A DNA stretch of 64,000 nucleotides from the human T2T-CHM13v2.0 reference genome, Homo sapiens: NCBI RefSeq assembly GCF_009914755.1, contig NC_060929.1. One strand, written 5' to 3'. Position numbers and translations under genes: made by a program. The notes under the pieces were generated by a model. It saw only the letters and a program-made list of their open reading frames with translations, did not search any database and was not told where the DNA came from. This document shows positions 43,957-57,162 of this stretch, one piece after another (position 1 is the stretch's first letter; the number at the start of each line of letters is the position of its first letter).

Positions 43957-45107
43957 TTAACTTTAAACATATATCATTATAAAATAATTTTTAAACCCTT
44001 TAGCAGAATACTAATAAAAACATTCTTTTAAGATATTTAAATAATGCTATTTCATTTGTTAATTTTTAAAACTATGGCACGCACAGCGATGGAGAGAGGG
44101 ATGTTTTCCAAAACAATACACTTTATTGGGTGGGAACAGTAAAAAATGTTTCTGATTTCCCAGTACTACTGCCCTTTGCCCTCTATCTTCTCCTACTTAT
44201 TGCTTGAGAAAATTTTGGCAGTCTATAATCCATGGTTTTGTCATTTCATATTTCTGAGATGAGGGAGATGACACGTGACATAAAAATGTTCTGCTTTCAA
44301 AAACCTCCAAAGCCAGATCCTAATTTTTCAAATTCCTTTGCCCCAGCAAGAATAATTTTCAAGCACAAAAGATAATTGGATAAATATATATTAATATTTT
44401 TATTTGATATCTTGCTGAGTATACTACAGAGGAACTTACACTTCATCATTTAATCTTTAATCCATCTGGTTCAAAAATAAGAAGTAGGCTGCATTACCAT
44501 ATATGGCATGCAATGTTTTTCTTCTGTGTAGAATTTCCAGGGAAGTCTCTGTAGAAAACTGATCCTAATTGTGAGGTCTTCATATTTAAGCATAGTAGTG
44601 GAAGTCTTCCAACTCAGAAAGGAAGAAGGTAAAGTCTCAGTAACTTAAGTATATTTATTTTACGATTAAAAGTTCAACTCTCCCAAATTTTTATCCATGA
44701 GCATATCGTGTATTTTAGTGCAGAGTGTTCATCAAAATATGACACTTCCTTTAGTCAGACATGAGTTTTGCTTTAACCTAAAAAAAATGGCTATTTTGGT
44801 GCACACTTTACATACATAAGTAAAATTTCAAACATTTGCATGGTAATTACTTATACCTGTATTTTCACAGCTGCAAGACACTGAAAATGTACAGGAACAT
44901 TTGGTACGTTACAGCATTTATCTTTCTCACACACATAGTTTCTCTCTCACTCTATTATTTTTCCCTTCTGTTACTAGATCTATTTAATTCCATTAAGTTA
45001 TATGAGAGGATCACTGGAGTAAAATTTAAATTATTCTAACATTGGCAATTTTTGCTGTGGAAAGTAAAACTTATATATGAAAAATGAATGCACTAAGGGT
45101 AGTGTTC

Positions 45108-45402
45108 TTTTTTTTAATGGAGACAGGGTCTCACTCCGTTACCCAAGTAAAGTGCAGTGGCTCCAACATAGATTACTGCAACCTCAAACTCCTGGGTTCA
45201 AGAGATTCTCCTACTTCAGCCTCCAAATTATCTGGGACTACAGGAGCGTGCCACCACGCCCAGCTAATTTTTAAAAGCATTTTTGTAGAGACTGTATCTC
45301 ACTGTGTTGCCCAGTCTGGCCTCTAACTCCTGGCCTCAAGAAATCTTCCTGCCTCAGCTTCCCAAAGTGCTGGGATTACAGGCATAAGCCACTGTGCCCA
45401 AC
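45108..45402 (-). mobile_element. Alu, AluJ
   Basis: GAGACAGGGTCTCACTC; CTCCTGGCCTCAAG; CCCAAAGTGCTGGGATTACAGGC; TSD GGTA(G/A)TGTT. Confidence 0.9.
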
Positions 45403-46069
45403 CCTGGTAATGTTGTTATAATAACACAGACCTTGATCTCAAAATAACTGCCTCAATATCATGTCAATAGTAGGAAGCAGAGCAGGGGCTTCAGTGAGAA
45501 ACAGAGTGGGAACTTCCACACAGGTCTGATAGGAAAAACATTTTTCTATGTTTCTTTTCTTATTCACATTCACTTTCTACTTGGTAATAACAAGAAAGTC
45601 TTTTTATAGTGTATTAATTCATTTTGAAAATTTTTTACATAAACTGCAGTTTCTCAGAGGAAAATCAGGAGTTGGCAGAGAATACAATGGTATAAACTTG
45701 TGCACATTTAATTATTTGTATTTAGTAAAAATGACAACAAAGATATCCAAATACCTGTATGTTTATATTAATGCCTATGTGTATGTGTATGTATATGCAT
45801 ATGTATGTACAAGCAAATGTACATCTATACTTGTGCCTATCTAGTCTCTAAGCACAACCCAAATATTAATCTACTAGATTTTTGAACAGTGAGGATATAT
45901 TTCAGTGTGTTGGAATTATTTAGAAATCACATGGTTTCTCAATCAATGCGTCTATGGTTCATTACTATATGTAATATATTTTTTGGATGATTTCCAGGGT
46001 TTTTTTGAGGAGAGTTGTACATACCTTCCATTTGTGCATGCTGGGTTTATCTAGAACCAGACTCCCTGG

Positions 46070-46210
46070 AAAGATGGTATAGGGCTATAGAAGAAAAAGA
46101 CTGGGGCTTGGAATCAAACACAACTGGATCAAATCTTGTGTACTCTCCTATTAAATTTGCAAATGCAGCCAAGACACTTGCATTCCATGGATTTCAACGT
46201 CTAGATGAGT
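46070..46210 (+). mobile_element. MIR 5' part
   Basis: AGACTGGGGCTTGGAATCAAACACAACTGGATCAAATCTTG. Confidence 0.55.
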
Positions 46211-46244
46211 AAAAAGAAGCAGGTGGGGAAAAAAAAACTCTCGA

Positions 46245-46448
<204 letters not shown>

Positions 46449-47169
46449 ATTGTCATGGAATTGTAAAGTGGCATGGCTAAGTCTGTATTTCAAGCATGAA
46501 ACCTCACACACTTCAGGGGCCTAGAACATAGGCAAAATGTTTTAATGTTTTTGTTTATAGTATCCTCTAAAAATGATTATTTGGAAAAAATAAAAAAGGC
46601 TTGTTTGCCTCATTATATGGCCTCATATAATGACACCTAATTTCTTAAATACATTATCTCCAATGTAAAACCACTGGTTGAAATGTAAACAATATATATC
46701 TTCAGTGGTTTAATAAATGACCAGAAATGAAAGTCAACATATGCTTTATTTTGTCTAAGAGAATTAATTCAGGCATTTTTGAGTTGGAGACTTAGGAAAT
46801 GCATTAGATATGTGTGTTAATTCACTAAAGTAAAGCTTGTAGAATAGCTATTTAGTTATCAAAACATATATGTACTTACCAAAAGAATGTCTTATTATAT
46901 TAATTTGTCTCTCTAATGAAATGTGCATGGTTTCTATATAAAGGCCTTCTGAATTATTTGCTTGTTTATGTATCACTCAGATTGTCTATATCAGACCAAA
47001 CTAGGAAATAGGCCTGTTAATCTTTACTTATCATTACTAAATTAGTGAACTTAAAAAATAAATTTATGTATTTGTTAATGTAGAAAAGATAGACTTCTCT
47101 CCTAAATGAAATATCTTTGCCTTCCCCTTAAATATCATTTTCCCACAAAGTTCTGTCTTTTGAGATCTC

Positions 47170-48210
47170 ACATTTTCAAACTGAGATTTTCTTCATTGTC
47201 ATGACTTTTTTAGTTCCTATATGTGAATGACTTCTACATCAGTAGCACAGATCTTGCTCCTTCACTTCAGACTTATGTACGTAATGACCTACCAGGCAGG
47301 GCTAACTGGTGTTCCATGGGTATAATAAACCACAATGTCCAAAACTAGAAGCATTAATTTTCCTCCAAAACACATTACTCTTTAATTACATCATCATCAA
47401 TGAAGCTGCATAATCATAAAATCTAGAATTTGTCTTCAAATATTTTATTCCTCTTAGTCTGTATATAAATTTCTGATCCAGTCCTATTATCTTTTACCTT
47501 CTTAACAACTTTTTATATCTACCTTGTCTGTTTTAGCTCCACTGGTACTATTTTATTTCAGGCAATTATCTCTTAAGTATGCCATCATTATAGTCTCTTA
47601 ACTAGTCTAGTTGATTCATCTTCCAAAATTTGGCAGACAAAACTTTCTAAAACTAACAACAATTTTAAAGAAAAATGAAAATGTGATATCCATTTGGTTC
47701 CAACTTCAAGCTTTTCAGTTCCTCCTGTTGCCAGCTCGATAAAGTGAAAAATCGATAGCATAGTGAGAAGAGGTTACCACAATCTGGTCCCTGCCTAGCT
47801 CTCTAGAGCTATTGACTTCATGTTTTGCTCCCATCCCTCTGAGATATTGGTCAAAAGAAACTACTTGCTCATTTCAAACTACATGTATTTTGCAACTATT
47901 CCTAGAATACAAAATTTCTATGTCAAGATATACCAAGTCTGGGAAGCTGTCCCGCATCTTTCCAGACCAAACAAAATTAGCCACCCAGTTCTTTGTGAAC
48001 CAACTTAACCTCATAAAAAAAAATTTATTTTTCATGATGAATATTATTGCATTTATATATTCTCTAAGCCCTCTGTGGTCATTAGATTATATGGTAAATT
48101 TACGGAGTCAGAATAATACCCCATTGCGTATTGAGTTTTCTCAACTCCTGTGCTTAGAACAGTAACTGACACAAAGTCGGTATCTATTAATGTTCACAGA
48201 ATGAATCAAT
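47170..48210 (+). mobile_element. L2 fragment with 3' end
   Basis: CAATGTCCAAAACTAGAA; GTGAAAAATC...CAATCTGGTCCCTGCCTA; terminal GAATGAATCAAT. Confidence 0.7.
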
Positions 48211-48423
48211 TTCAAATAAATATTTACTAATCCAGTCACCCAGCAAATTAAACCAATCTTCTTGGTGCTCTGCCCAGGAGAAGGAGAAATTATATTTGAA
48301 ATTCTGACAATAAATGTAATAATAATATTATTATAATGATACTGGTGAAGTTTAAGAAATTTCAATATTCTGAAACAAAATAACTCTGTGGGATGGGGGA
48401 GAGGGTGAGGAGAGGAAGTTAAA

Positions 48424-48714
48424 GCTCACACCTGTAATCCCAGCACTTTTGGAGGCCGAGGCGGGCAGATCACAAAGTCAAGAGATTGAGATCATCCTGG
48501 CCAATATGGTGAAACCTTGTCTCTACTAAAAATACAAAAATTAGCAGGGTGTGGTGGTGCGTGCCTGTAATCCCAGCTACTCGGGAGGCTGAGGCAGGAG
48601 AATCACTTGAACCCGGGAGTCAGAGGTTGCAGTGAGCCAAGATCACACCACTGTAATCCATCCTGGCAACAGTGTAAGACTCCATCTCAAAAAAAAAAAA
48701 AAAAAAAAAAAAAA
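48424..48714 (+). mobile_element. Alu, AluSc, lacking first ~13 bp
   Basis: GATCACAAAGTCAAGAGATTGAGATCATCCTGGCC; CCTGGCAACAG; poly-A. Confidence 0.93.
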
Positions 48715-49581
48715 ACAATTATAATACAAGCCAAGAAATACATTTTCAAGCATGTATTGTGGAACTTATAAATGAGACTTGTGTATATCTGACCCAAGTA
48801 CTACTAATCTCTAGATTAGAGAGTTATAGTGTCTTTCATTTTATCTTTTGACCAAGAGTAATGCCATCAGTTTATTCTTAAATTGACTCTAAACATCAAT
48901 GAATGTACCTCATTTACTTTGTATTATTGAGGAATGACATTGTTCCTTACATTAATGAAATACTAAGATAACTGAAAGTATCTTTTAAAATTAAGTATTT
49001 AGAGTTCACTTCTAGAATGGCAGCATGAGGAACTCTGCAGAAGCTCTCCATAAAGAAATGAACAAAACTGTTGAACACAAAAAAATTAAATAAACTCTCT
49101 GGAAATTGTGCTAAGGGCATATACAACAAGTGGAAATATTCACTTAAAAAATCTTCCAAAATTCTGTAAGAATAGCAAGAGTCTTTGACTTTTGAACCAC
49201 AGCCTTTTGCCTACCTCCCTCTCGCCACTCAGCTCAGCTTAAAGGAGACTACGTGTAGTTGGGTGTGGCCAAGGAAACAGAACTTCTTCTCTCCTTATCT
49301 TCCTGTAAAAGGTTACCATATGTCACTGGGAGGGTCAGGGCACCAACATTTCTTCTTAAGGCAGAAGTCCCTCCTGGAAGAGGCAATCCAAGAGGATCAG
49401 AGGCTACTATCACATATAGCACACAGAGTAGTGGCCCAGAGAATTTTCAGAGAGAGAGGAAGTTCACAAAAACAAAAAGATCCAAAACTCTCTTTATGGA
49501 ACTGACATTATTTGAAATAGAGTGTGAAGAAGTTCATTCTTAAGGGATCTCTTGAAATAAATAGCTTTTCTCAATTAAGAG

Positions 49582-50025
49582 TGTGAAAGGAAAATAAATC
49601 TTGGGGCTCTAAAAGTCACTAAGCTAAAGGGACAAGTCAAGCCAGGAACTGCTTAGGGCAAACCTGCCTCCCATTCTGTTCAAAGTCATCCCTCTGCACA
49701 CCGAGATAAATGCGTATCTGATTGCCTCCACTGGAAAGGCTAATCAGAAACTCAAAATAATGCAACAGTTTTTCTCTCACCTACCTGTGACCTGAAAGCC
49801 CTCTCCCTGCTTAGTTGTCCCAACTTACTGGACAGAACCAATGTATATCTTACATATTTTCATTAATGTCTCCCTAAAAATGTATAAAACCAAGCTTTGC
49901 CCCGACCATCTTAGGAACATGTCATCGGGACCTCCTGAGGCTGTGTAACAGGTGTGCATCATCAACCTCTGCAAAATAAACTTTCTAAATTAACTGAGAC
50001 CTGTCTCAGATATTCAGGGTGCACA
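49582..50025 (+). mobile_element. ERV1 solo LTR, MER4A/MER4A1-like
   Basis: TGTGAAAGGAAAATAAATCTTGGGG...AAAATAAACTTTCTAAATTAACTGAGACCTGTCTCAGA...CACA; perfect 4-bp TSD AGAG. Confidence 0.88.
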
Positions 50026-50449
50026 AGAGCAACAAGCTAAACCAAAGATCATCCAGTTTACCAAAAATAATGAGGAAAATACACAGCAAAGAAGAGCCCT
50101 ATAAAGTCAAAACAAATCTCTAAGATTGGTCTTAAAAATTACCTGTACTTGAATTTAATTCATCTGACTGCTGAGTAATTTATACATCAGGGCATTGTTG
50201 AAAACTTAGAGCAATCATCCAGCAATTAGGGGAGCCTAACATGTGGGGTATAATACCAAATGAAATACATGTGGTAACAGATAGATCAGGAAAAGAGACA
50301 GTCATTGGGAGCCCTGACATGTCTCATCAAATACAAAATATCAGTACATAATAGAAATTATAAAAAAGAAGAAAATAAAAATTCTGGAGTTAAAAATCCA
50401 TGAATTTAAATTTAAAAAAAAATCATTAGAGAAGCTCAACAATGAGTGG

Positions 50450-50635
50450 GTTTTTTGTTTTTGTTTGTTTGTTTGTTTGTTTTATTTTGTTTTATTTGTT
50501 TATTTTGATTTTCTTTTTTCTTTTTTAGATACAGGAATATCAACATCTTGCCAAGGCTGGTCTCTAACTCCTGGTCTCAAGCTACCTTCCCACCTCAGGA
50601 ACAGGGATTACAGGTACACACCACCACACCTGGCT
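50450..50635 (-). mobile_element. FLAM / Alu monomer with (TTTG)n tail
   Basis: GGCTGGTCTCTAACTCCTGGTCTCAAGC...GGATTACAGGTACACACCACCACACCTGGC. Confidence 0.8.
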
Positions 50636-51203
50636 CAATGGTAGATTTTAAATGGCAGAAAAAATAATAAGCAAGCTCAAAGCTGGATCTATGGCGATTA
50701 TGCAATTTGAAGAACAAAGAGAAAATAGAATGAAGAAAAATGAACAGAACTTAGAAAAATGTGCTATACTTTAAGTGAACCAACATAGTATAATGGAAAC
50801 ACTATAAAGAAAGGAGATAGAGAAAACAACTGAAAAGATATTCAAAGAAATAATGATTGAAAACTTCGCAAATTTGCAGATAATCATCAACCTACATACC
50901 CAAGAATCTCAACAAACTCCAAATAGGATAAATACAAAGAGATCCACACCCAGACATATTATAACACAGATATGAAAAGTTTAAAATAAGGACAAAATCT
51001 TAAAAATGGAAAAATGAAATTATTTATCACTTATGAGGGAAACCTGAAAAGATTAAGAGTTGATTTCTCATCAGAAACATTGAAGGCCAAAATATAACAA
51101 AATAATGTATTCAAAGTGCTGAGAAAAAAAAATTGTCAACCAAGAATCTGACATCCAGCAACACTATCTTTCAGATAAATATTCTCAGATAAACAAAAAC
51201 TGA

Positions 51204-51533
51204 TGTTGTAGGACTTTCTCCTTAGTTCATCTGAAAGCTGGGTTCTTGTCACATGACCAGGAAAAATTAGGCTTGTGGACACATGGAAGGGTTGGGAATA
51301 ACAGAATTTACTGGGCAAAAGGAACAAGGAAAAGCAACACAGCAAAGCAAGAGAGGAGTTCCTTTAGCAGTCCCTCATCTCACAGATTGAATCCGAGGTT
51401 CCCACACTAGAACAGGAGGGGCCAGGCTCCTCCCCTGAGCAAATGGCAGGAACTTCCGTGGTTCCACCCCATTCTCACAGTGAGCAGGCCAGTCAGAGGT
51501 TCTCTGGGGACCCCTTTATACTAGGCTGTCTCA
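51204..51533 (-). mobile_element. ERV1 solo LTR, MER61A-like
   Basis: reverse complement starts TGAGACAGCC...GGGGTGGAACCACGGAAGTTCCTGCCATTTGC...GGGGAGGAGCCTGGCCCCTCC; perfect 4-bp TSD CTGA. Confidence 0.85.
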
Positions 51534-51937
51534 CTGAGACATTCTTATAATTTCAGACAAGACTTAAAAGAAATACTAAAGAAAGTTCTTTGGTTTGTAA
51601 GTAAGTATATCTAGATGAAATTCAAATCTATACAAAAAATAAGGAACATTGTTATAGGTACTTCTGTAGTTATAAAATGCTATATAAATGCATTTTTTAT
51701 TTATTCTCTTAATTCATTTAAAAAGCAATTGTATAAAACACTATGTATAGAATTATACTGTTTGGCCTATTAGATATAAAATATAACATGTTTATTATGT
51801 CAATTCTAAGTTAAAGTGTATATGATAATCTCTAGAGTAACCACAAAAAAACATGGAGCATAAAGGTCAGTGGGAACAGGAACCAGGAATGAAATAAAGA
51901 GAACCAGAAATGGTAAGTAAAATGTAAATATCTAAAA

Positions 51938-51938
<1 letters not shown>

Positions 51939-52015
<77 letters not shown>
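51939..52015. repeat. Compound (TCTA)n(TCTG)n(TCTA)n STR
   Basis: direct inspection. Confidence 0.95.
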
Positions 52016-52704
52016 ATTTGCCCTTATTTCTTTTCTCAGCTTCCATAGTAGACAAAAAAATAAATTAATAGCAATGCATTATTTGCTTTGTAGCATGTAT
52101 GGATGTAATAGATATAATAACAGTAAGACAAAAATGGAAAGATTAAGTAGAGCTATATAGAAGTAGCATTTCTATATCTCACTAGAATTATTAGTATAAA
52201 TCTGAAGTCAATTCTAAGTTAAAATGCATACAATAACCTCCAAAGTAACCACAAAAAAATAACTTCAATGTGATGGAAAAAAATAAGTATTTATTTCAAA
52301 ACAGGTAAACTATCTATAATAAAAGTTTGTAAATACACTGCCTATATGCCTTCTTTCTTAAGCAAACTTCTCTGAACATACATTCAATCTTTGGCAATTG
52401 GAGGTCTTCATTATGAATATAATTACAATGTCAATGTGTTCAAAGGCTATACTACAATAGGAAGTTGAAATACATAGAACTGTTTACCATTAACCTAACT
52501 GCTTCTTGTTTTCCCTTTTGTTACTTGGCAAGTGATAATCCCTTCATTGTGTTCACATCACAACACACATTAAAATGTGATTTATTGATTTACATGTCTT
52601 TTATATTTATCTCTATGCCAGCAACCAGCACAGGGTGCTTCCAAGGATAAAAACTAAATGAATGCTTGACTAAAGACTAAATAGAAACTTGGAGATTAAC
52701 CACT

Positions 52705-52940
52705 TGAAGTAGTTAAGAGTGAGGGCTCTGCTTTGAATATTTGCTAACTCCTTTACTGGTTGTACTTCTTCCTAAAGTCACTTAAACTCTGCTTCTGTTC
52801 TCTCATTTGTCAAATGGAGATGAGTATAGGGCTTATCTCATAAGGTTGCTGTGAGGATTAAACAAGTTACTATCTAAAGACAGCCATCAGAGCTGTATCT
52901 GACTTACAATAAGTATTATGTGTGCCTGCCCATATTATTA
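52705..52940 (+). mobile_element. MIR
   Basis: AAGTCACTTAAACTCTG...CTCATTTGTCAAATGGAGAT...TCTCATAAGGTTGCTGTGAGGATTAAA. Confidence 0.85.
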
Positions 52941-54318
52941 ATGTACGAATATACTAACATGTGGTTTTGTACTTTGGTAGATCATTTGATTCTTCATATT
53001 CATTGAAAATTTGAGATTCCTGAGCTTATTAGGGAAGTCACTTCTGGATAAAACTTCATATTTATTTAGTTACTTGCTATTTGCAGTTGCATTTTTCTTG
53101 AAGGCTAGTCTAATTATAAATAAGGAGTAGCCACAAAACATGACAAATTTGTCTTTGTAGAACTTTGAGACTATGACTTAGAAAATAAGGAGATCTTATT
53201 TTATAATCCTAATGCTAGCAAAGGCTCATTCCAGGCAGAAGGTTGTGAATAATATGGATCGGGTTCTCTATATTGTTTTTCACCTGTGTAAATAAATGAA
53301 CCTTGATATTCCACACGGTTTTGCAATTTTGTCACAATATTCATTTGTCTGTTCTCTGTTAAATGTCCTGATGGTTCATGTCAGCAGGATATGTTGGAAT
53401 TCACAGCAAAGGATCTGCATTGTGGGATCTCATTGACTGGCAGCTGGAAGTAACTTAGAGAAATTTTGTGCCTTTAGAATATTTTTATGTTGTTTAAAAT
53501 TCTCCTCAAAGAACATGTGATAATACTAGAGTCCTGCCGAGTATCAACAACTCAAGAGCAGCACTGAAATAAAAAGGGCTCCAAACTTGCATTTATTTAA
53601 TGCTTAATTTATCATGTCCAACAGTTATAAGTAGCTTCAGTATATTACCAGCTCTAGCTTTTATTTATATATTATTACAGAATGTTTCATCCAGTTTTTA
53701 AGTCTCTGAGGTTCTGAAACATTTTTTTTGTTTTGGAATTAGAAAAGGTATGATAATCTTTACTCTTTGTGTTCTTGCCACCACAAATACTGGAATCCTG
53801 TGGCATGCATCAGATTTTATAAACAGATATTCTGCCAGCAACCTCGGAAGCTTTCTGATAGAAAAGGAACGGCATATGAAGGAAGTTCAGAAGACAAATA
53901 TTGAATTAGTCCTACCAATTAAATGTCTCCATTGTGCCCCTGCAAAATTTAAAAAAGTATTTCCAAAAAGTAAAAGTCGAAGAACAATTCACATAGTTTA
54001 CACCTCATGAGCAAAATGTTCTAAACTATAAGATCTTTGATTATCTCATGTGGGTAGGAATTTCTTATAAATATCAAAACTTACCTTAAAACTTAATTCT
54101 TATATGTAAGAAGTAGCAGATTCAGTTTGGCAGCTCTGAGAATAACGTTACTAATTATGTAGTATTTAATAATATCCTAGTATGCCAAATAAATTTTATC
54201 TGGTTCATGAAAATTCTTAACTTATTCCCAGAAAATTATTTATATTCTCAGGATTCTCACTCTAATTTAGTGTTCCTCTTCCAATTGGAGATAATTTTAA
54301 CAAAATAGCCTACCACAG

Positions 54319-54495
54319 CAGGGTTTCTTAACCTTAGCACTATCCACTTTGAGGCTGCAAAATCCTGTGGTCAGAGGGTTTTTCCTGTGCATTAGAGGAT
54401 GTTTAGCAGCATCTCTGGCCTCTATGCACTAAATGCAAATAGGAACCCCCTTCAAATTTTGACTATTCAGAATATATCCAGACATTGCCAAACAG
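54319..54495 (-). mobile_element. MER20 (hAT-Charlie)
   Basis: CAGGGTTTCTTAACCTTAGCACTAT...GTGCATTAGAGGATGTTTAGCAGCATCTCTGGCCTCTA...CCAGACATTGCCAAA. Confidence 0.88.
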
Positions 54496-54583
54496 CCTAA
54501 TCTGAAAAGAAATTGTCTTGGTTTCTAATGCTGTGTAACAGATTACCATGCTCACTGGCTTAAAACAACACAAATTTATTATC

Positions 54584-55423
54584 TGCTATGGTTTGAATGT
54601 TTGAACCCTCCAAAATTCATGTTGGAATTTAATTGATAATGTAAAATTACTGGAAGATGGGGCCGAGTAGGAATGGAGGGCCTAATGGAAGGTGTTTAGT
54701 TCATGAGGTGTTTAGTTCATGAGATGGGGCCAAGTAGGAATGGAGGGCCTAATGAAAGGTGTTTAGTTCATTTTGAACCCTCCAAAATTCATGTTGGAAT
54801 TTAATTGATAATGTAAAATTACTGGAAGATGGGGCCAAGTAGGAATGGAGGGCCTAATGGAAGGTGTTTAGTTCATGAGGGTTCTGCTATCAGGAATGAA
54901 AGAAATATTTCAGAACTCTGTGGAAAATATCCATACTTTTTTTTGGATCCTTTCATTTTTTTTTTCCACCAGTGGGTAGTTAAAATCAGTTAAATAGTGT
55001 CAGACCTAAACCTCTGCCATTTATCTTTTGTTCAAAATTCTATAGGTGTCTATGCCTTGATACAACTTTAATATTGCTACTTAAGTTACATTGTATCTTT
55101 TTTCATTTGCTTACCTGTTACATTTCCTTAGCTGTTACAAAGAGTCAAGAAGAAATTTAAGAGATTTAATTGGGAAAAAAAAAACACCTAAGAAATAAAA
55201 TACTTATTTTGCTTTGGCCACAAAAATAATGAGCTTTGGGACTGGGCTCCTTCTCCTGACCTTTAACCTTCAGTCATGTGATGACACAGCAAGAGGGTCC
55301 TCATAGAATGCTGTCACCTTTGTGGACTTTCCAGCCTTCAGAACTGTGAACCAATAAATTTCTGTTAATTGTAAATTACCCAGTCTCAGATAATCTATTA
55401 TAGAGGCACACATGGACTAAGAC
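54584..55423 (+). mobile_element. MST/MLT1A-type MaLR LTR with internal duplication and foreign insert
   Basis: TGCTATGGTTTGAATGT start, GGACTAAGACA end, perfect 5-bp TSD TTATC. Confidence 0.85.
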
Positions 55424-55450
55424 ATTATCTCACATTTTCCATGATCCAAG

Positions 55451-56089
55451 TGAGATGAGAGGGTTCCCTTGACCCCTTCTCGGGACTTGTGAAGGGCATG
55501 GCTCATTTACTCAGCTGCTGTGCTCAATCCCTTATGAGAGGGAGCACAGGAGAAGACGGGTGTGGGAACCAGAGGGAACTAATGCTGGAACCAGCTGGTT
55601 GCTCCTCTCTCGCAGGAGCAGGCTCTGTGTGAGCCCTGCAGCAGCGTCCAAACATGTTACAATGCTCTTTTAGCTGTGCTGTCTGGGAGAGAGTGTCTGT
55701 GACCCTGGAACCCCAGAGGGGATGTGTTACAATCAGTTTTCTTTTAGCATTTGCGTTCTGGTCCATGGATGGCTAAGTGTTAACCAGCTCAGTGGAGGGA
55801 CAAGGTGACAGCCTTTTACACCCTGCCCTCTTGGTACCCAGGTTTTTGTCCATCAGCAAGAAGAATCAAGTCAAACGAATGAATTGAAGAGGACTTTATC
55901 GAGTGCTGGAAGTGACTCTCAGTGGGAAGAGGAGCTGGAACCAGGGTGGAGCAGGAGGATAATCTTCCCCTGGGGTCTGGCCATCTCAGGCCAAGCTCCT
56001 CTCCAACCGTCCCCAGCCAAATTCTTCTCTGGCTGTAGTCTCCAACATCCAGCTGCTTCTTCGCCTGTCAATGTTCAGATGCTTTTCTA

Positions 56090-56134
<45 letters not shown>

Positions 56135-56323
56135 TCCACTGCATCTTGGGTTTGGAGTTCTTATGGGCACAGGATGGGGATAGGGCTGCCCAAAAGGCAA
56201 CATTCGGGTGGGAAAACAGAGATAGTTCTCACTTTGGGCGGAGAGTCCAGGCTTGAGGGTGAAGCCCTTGCCAGCGACCCTGTCCTCTTCTTCCCAGTAT
56301 TTCCCTGCCTCCTATCCATATCA
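55451..56323 (-). mobile_element. ERV1 solo LTR, LTR27/LTR28/MER52 group, containing (TG)n at ~56093-56130
   Basis: reverse complement starts TGATATGGATAGGAGGCAGGGAAATACTGGGAAGAAGAGG...CCCTCAAGCCTGG; TG...CA termini; approximate TSD CAAG/CAAA. Confidence 0.8.
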
Positions 56324-56808
56324 CAAAGAAGTCAGAGTGTGAGTTCACAGGGTCATCTACTCAGGATCTTGCTAGGCTGATATCAAGTTGTTGGCTGGGG
56401 CTTCAGTTCTCTTCTAGGGCTCAGGATCCTCTTCCAAGCACACAGTTTTCAGCAGAATCATTCCCTCGTAGATCTATGTCTGTAATCCCAAGTTTTCTGA
56501 TAACCACTGTCTGCTTCCAGAGACCACCTTTAGTCCTTTGACACATGACCAGCACAGGCAAGACACAATATGAGCGTGTGTCTCTTTCAAGCCAATAGGA
56601 GTGAGTATTTCTGACTTCAAATCCTCTTCCAGTCACTATAATGGAGTTCTATATAAGGTTATATAATCATAGGAGAAATTATCTCACCATCATTTGCCAT
56701 ATGAACATAACTTAATCCAAGAAACAAGGATCCTATCATATTCACATGCTCCACTTACATTTAAGATAAAGGGACTATACAAGAAACATACATGATAGGT
56801 AGGTATTT

Positions 56809-57162
56809 TGCTATGATTTGAATGTTTGTGTCCCCCCAAAACTCATACGTTGAAACCCTAACACCCAAGATGATGATACTAAGAAGCAGGGCCTTTTTTT
56901 AGGTCATGAGTGTGAAGCCTTCATTAATGGACTAGTGCTCTTATAAAAGAGACCACAGACAGCTAGCTTATTCCTTCCATCCTGTGGGGACACAGTAAAA
57001 AGGTGCCAAGAACCAGGTATTGCAGCCTTTACCACAGCCCAGTCATGCTGGTACCCTGATCCTGGACTTGCCAGCCTCCAGAATTGTGAGAAATATATTT
57101 CCATTGTTATAAGACACCTAGTTTATGGCAGTTTGTTACAGCAGCCCATAGGTACTAAGACA
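56809..57162 (+). mobile_element. MLT1A/MLT1A0 LTR
   Basis: TGCTATGATTTGAATGTTTGTGTCCCCCCAAAACTCATACGTTGAAA...CTAAGACA. Confidence 0.85.

Larger units (their letters stand above)
49000..52260 (+). mobile_element. Old L1M 5' UTR, ORF1 and inter-ORF region, interrupted by two LTRs and a FLAM
   Basis: CACTTCTAGAATGGCAGCATGAGG 5' start; ORF1 motifs GATATTCAAAGAAATAATGATTGAAAACTTC, CAAGAATCTCAACAAACTCCAAATAGGATAAAT, GATTTCTCATCAGAAAC, TGTCAACCAAGAATC. Confidence 0.85.

Noticed and set aside
51204-51533. p53 response element in MER61-type LTR
   Set aside because: I find no pair of RRRCWWGYYY half-sites in this copy
54600-54879. Repeated units resembling a CRISPR-like array
   Set aside because: Overlapping copies of one LTR segment with no unique spacers, in eukaryotic context with no cas genes
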